From positions 1 through 36,860 of the forward strand of contig ADNK01002376.1 in the NCBI GenBank assembly GCA_000320545.1: 36,860 nucleotides of DNA. Direction: 5' to 3'. Under the pieces are notes generated by a model, which did not search any database, was not told the DNA's origin, and worked only from the letters and a program-made list of their open reading frames with translations. This DNA is from Bigelowiella natans CCMP2755 (taxonomy: Eukaryota; Protista; Cercozoa). Every line of letters begins with the position of its first letter. Positions within the stretch are counted from its first letter, which is position 1. Below are positions 33,237 through 36,860 of the stretch, piece by piece. Both the position numbers and the translations under genes were made by a program.

Positions 33237-33437
33237 CACACTGTGTATCGTGTATATTTTAGGCATACAGACATCGTTCGTATTTAATCGGAAGGGGCAA
33301 TAGGATTCTTTAGCATGAGGAAAGCATAGCTCTAAATACGTTAAGTATATTCATATTTAATTTCTTATCATTCTTCCATACAAGCGTAGATTAATGCTGA
33401 TACACTATAAGGTATAGTCCATAATCATTTTAACGTC

Positions 33438-33476
<39 letters not shown>

Positions 33477-33489
33477 TGCCGCATACCGT

Positions 33490-35449
33490 TCATTTTTTCT
33501 TTACGGATTGGTCTTTCACAATCTCTGTCTTCGGAAGAAGATTCTTTAGCTCTAAATCTAGCTCTTCTTGGTCAAAAGATGGCGGGTCAATCTTGATCTC
33601 ATTTCCCCAAATGTCTATATTCTTCCTTGGCATTGATTTCCTGGAACCCTCCTTATAGTAGCCTGTTCGCTGATCGATCGACAAGGAGTTATCACCCACA
33701 AATTTCGCGCTATCCCGAAAGATTGGCCTACCTTTCGACATTCTTCTTGGATGAATAAGTGGTCAGTTAGTATTCCAGCCAATCCCGCTAGGAGAAAAGG
33801 GACTTGGCGCAATTTCGGGTTTTTGGCTGTGTTGGGGGGAAGGGAAACGTCATCTGGAGTATGTTAATTGCACCATGTTACAAATCGCTACTTACTAGGG
33901 ACGAACATCATTGCAGGAATGCCAATTCCCATAGCAATAGCAAAGAAGCGAAATCCCTTGAAAGACGTCTGTTCTTGCTGCATGCATTGGTAAAAAGCGT
34001 CCTCACGGGACTTCTCTGCATGAGCACAAATAAGTTTTCAGGTCCATTATAAGTAGAAATAACTCACACTTCAACCCCCATTGTCTAGAAAGTTTCTATT
34101 AATATTATAGTTGTAATCGCTATTTTTTTGTCTGGCGGTTAGTCGTGTTGCTTCTCTCAATTTCTCGTCCTCAAAACCCCTCCCAAGTAGTACTTTCTTT
34201 GTTGCCATCCGCCATTTTTTCAGGAGAACAGCAACACAGACCGAAAATACTCTTTGTTGTAAAGCAGCGACAACATAAGTTTCATGTCGTAAAATAGAGA
34301 TCGTTACAAATCCGGAAGCCATTCCGGAACCCTCGATATTCTTTCTCGGCAAGGAGGTTTCTCATTTCAGACATTTTAATCAAGCTGCGGCATGGAATAA
34401 GATGTAAAATACTATTCGTTCTGATGGTGCGACTTATGCTCTTTGAGATCTTAGGGAATTAACGGGGTCGATGACGACAGCTGGTCGACGTGACAACCCT
34501 ACCCCAACAACAACCGCGCTTGCGCAAATCTCTCTCTCCCTCTTTCCACGGAGCTACTACATCTCGTGAACATGCTCCAAAAGCTCTACTTCGTACTCTT
34601 CAATCTCGTCTCAGCTGCAGGCTGGGCGTGGTGCTGGTGAGCTCACGGCCGAACCATGTCAGGGAGGAAAGGGGACAGTCGCTTATGCTTGATGTGTTCC
34701 ACCTGTTAGGTTCATCATCGTGTCCCATCTCCATGAATTCTCGGATCCCAATGGACCAAAGGTGTGAATTGGAATTTAAATCTTGAGCAAATGTCTCCAT
34801 ATGCGTGAGATAAGCCAGTATCATTTCATTTGAGGCAGAGAGACGTTTGTCGTTATAAATGCGTAACACGAGCTCATTGTATCTCATTTGAAACAAACAG
34901 AATCTCTGGAAAGAGTTGGGTGTCGTCTTGACCAACACGCAAAGTCTAGCTTTGCTTGAAGTTCTTCACTCTCTACTCGGCCTTGTACGTTGATTATCAA
35001 ATGGGATGCGCACTTGTACTGCTTGTGTGTGTGTGTGTGTGTGGGGGTGGATGGGGGGTGGATGTAAATTGAGGGAAATGTGTGTCGACATCATCATCAT
35101 TATTATCATCATCATCATCATCATCATTATCATACCTGTTGGTTCCTATTAATAGACGAAGTCGCCATTCATGCAAACAGCTTTACAAGTGGCTTCACGT
35201 AATTTCCAACTAGGAAAGGCGCTGAGAAATAGATAGAAAAGAGTCCGAGCAAAGAGGCATAATATTTCATCATACAATGTGCTGCCTTCAGCACCATGCA
35301 TTCACTTCTGTGATCTTTCATAGGCATTGGCCTCGTATATGGGATTACCTTACCTTCTGAGCAAGCACAAGCTCATTGGTAAAGTTGATGATCCCCTCAA
35401 TACCTTCCTTTTCTTCTGCTACCACTCAATTGCAGTATACAACACACAC

Positions 35450-35492
<43 letters not shown>

Positions 35493-36392
35493 TACATACA
35501 TACATACACGCATACACATCGCCACCACATTATGTGATGATAACAATAATGAAGAGAAATAAAAAATAGTAATACTGTGAAAACTTTCTCACGCTTTCCA
35601 TTGGAAATATCAGGTCTCTGTACTTGATGGCGCTATCTTGGGCCACAACGGAGGTGTTCCTCCAACACGTGCATGTCTTGTACATTATCCGTAACGATCG
35701 CGTATTGTATCGATGATCTGGATCTCTCAAAAGGATGCGAGATCATCGATAGAACTACGCCTGACCATGAAACTGTATTAACGACAATGGTGGTAGTAGT
35801 ATCGATGAACGTTTGGCTTCATTTCATTGCAGGTACCCCGCTATCTCTTCTACGCTTTCAAGCAAATCATGAACAAACCACCTGCGATTTTGTTCCACAT
35901 GCGTTACAGGTGATTGGTGGTGGGATGGGGGTTGGGTGGGTGTTCTTTTGACAATAATGAGCTTTTTCTTGGGTATGAGGATGATGACGTGCCACGAGGA
36001 TAGATCTACTTTATACTACCTGTAGCAGCCATGACAAAAGCCGCTTCATAAGCATCTTAATCAGAATTGTCATCATCACCATCGTCGTTATCCTCGCTTT
36101 TAATACTCACTCTTCTCTTCTCGTGGGACTGATTGTATTATTTTCCCTCTCTCCCCCTCCCCTCTCTGCAACACACAGTCTTTTCTACATCCTCTACCCA
36201 ACGGGTATTAGCGGTGAGGTGCTGCAAATGTTTTTCTCTCTCCCGCTCGCATTTCGCACATCGTGGCTGGCTGTTCTCCCGACTGGATTCCCAAATACTT
36301 GCATGGCCGATTGCGACAACTGCCAAAACAACGCTGGTAGGCTGCCTCGTTTATATCATCCTCTCTCTCTTTCTACTTGGGCGCACATCGTG

Positions 36393-36426
<34 letters not shown>

Positions 36427-36860
36427 TACTACTACCCAATATGTTCTTATTTGAAATACTTCGCTTCTTCTTCTTCCTTTTCCTGCTGCTGCTGCTGCTG
36501 CTATATCAGGATGCCTTGCTACAGTTGCGGTATTGTACATCTATGCGGTGGGGGGCCCCGTGATGGTCTTCCTCATGCATCTTACGCGCAAGGTAATCAT
36601 TACGATAGACACGACGAGGAATGAGGAGAGTAATAAGTCTTGTGGTGGCGAGCATGCTCGCCTCGCCCGTTGTTGTTTTCAGTTTTGAGAAAAGATCAGA
36701 AACAGAAATTCGGCCCTGCTACCGGCTATCGTCACTATGATTTATTATTTACCCGAATATGAGAACGAGGAAGAAGGGATGTCGTTGCAACCTGATTTTT
36801 GCCGGAATACGGTGTGGTGTGTTGTGTGTTTGTGAGAGAGAGAGAGAGAGAGAGAGAGAT
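33490..36860 (-). CDS. Hypothetical multi-exon gene (5' part probably beyond the window)
   Basis: A series of minus-strand GT-AG-bounded protein-like segments, e.g. NTSVVAQDSAIKYRDLIFPMESVRK, KEGIEGIINFTNELVLAQK, MRYNELVLRIYNDKRL...GHDDEPNR, and a last exon ...DQEELDLELKNLLPKTEIVKDQSVKKK*. No family recognised. Confidence 0.4.

Overview
Intron-rich, microsatellite-rich eukaryotic (protist-like) genomic DNA; the lineage cannot be fixed from this window. The centrepiece is an intact, very recently inserted 5.7-kb Ty3/Gypsy-type LTR retrotransposon on the minus strand (8870-14585). It has two identical 326-bp LTRs, a 4-bp GCTA target-site duplication (TSD), a tRNA-like primer-binding site (PBS), a polypurine tract (PPT) and a single 1657-aa gag-pol ORF. 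Its integrase is atypical (DD27E spacing, CxC zinc-finger end). Where a chromodomain would sit, it carries what looks like a degenerate DIRS/phage-Dam-like N6-adenine methyltransferase domain. Its LTR is densely structured, it has a second internal PPT copy, and it sits in a CTAG-rich tract. Host genes: 5' part of a myosin (-), a Tudor-like protein (+), a DUF285/BspA-like mucin-stalk type I surface protein (-), a K+-dependent membrane pyrophosphatase with the Na+-pump signature (-), a putative glycosyltransferase (+), an N-myristoylated coiled-coil protein (-), a small His-motif ER membrane protein (+), a LACTB2-like metallo-beta-lactamase (+) and poorly resolved hypothetical genes. Exon boundaries were inferred by eye and no database searches were run.
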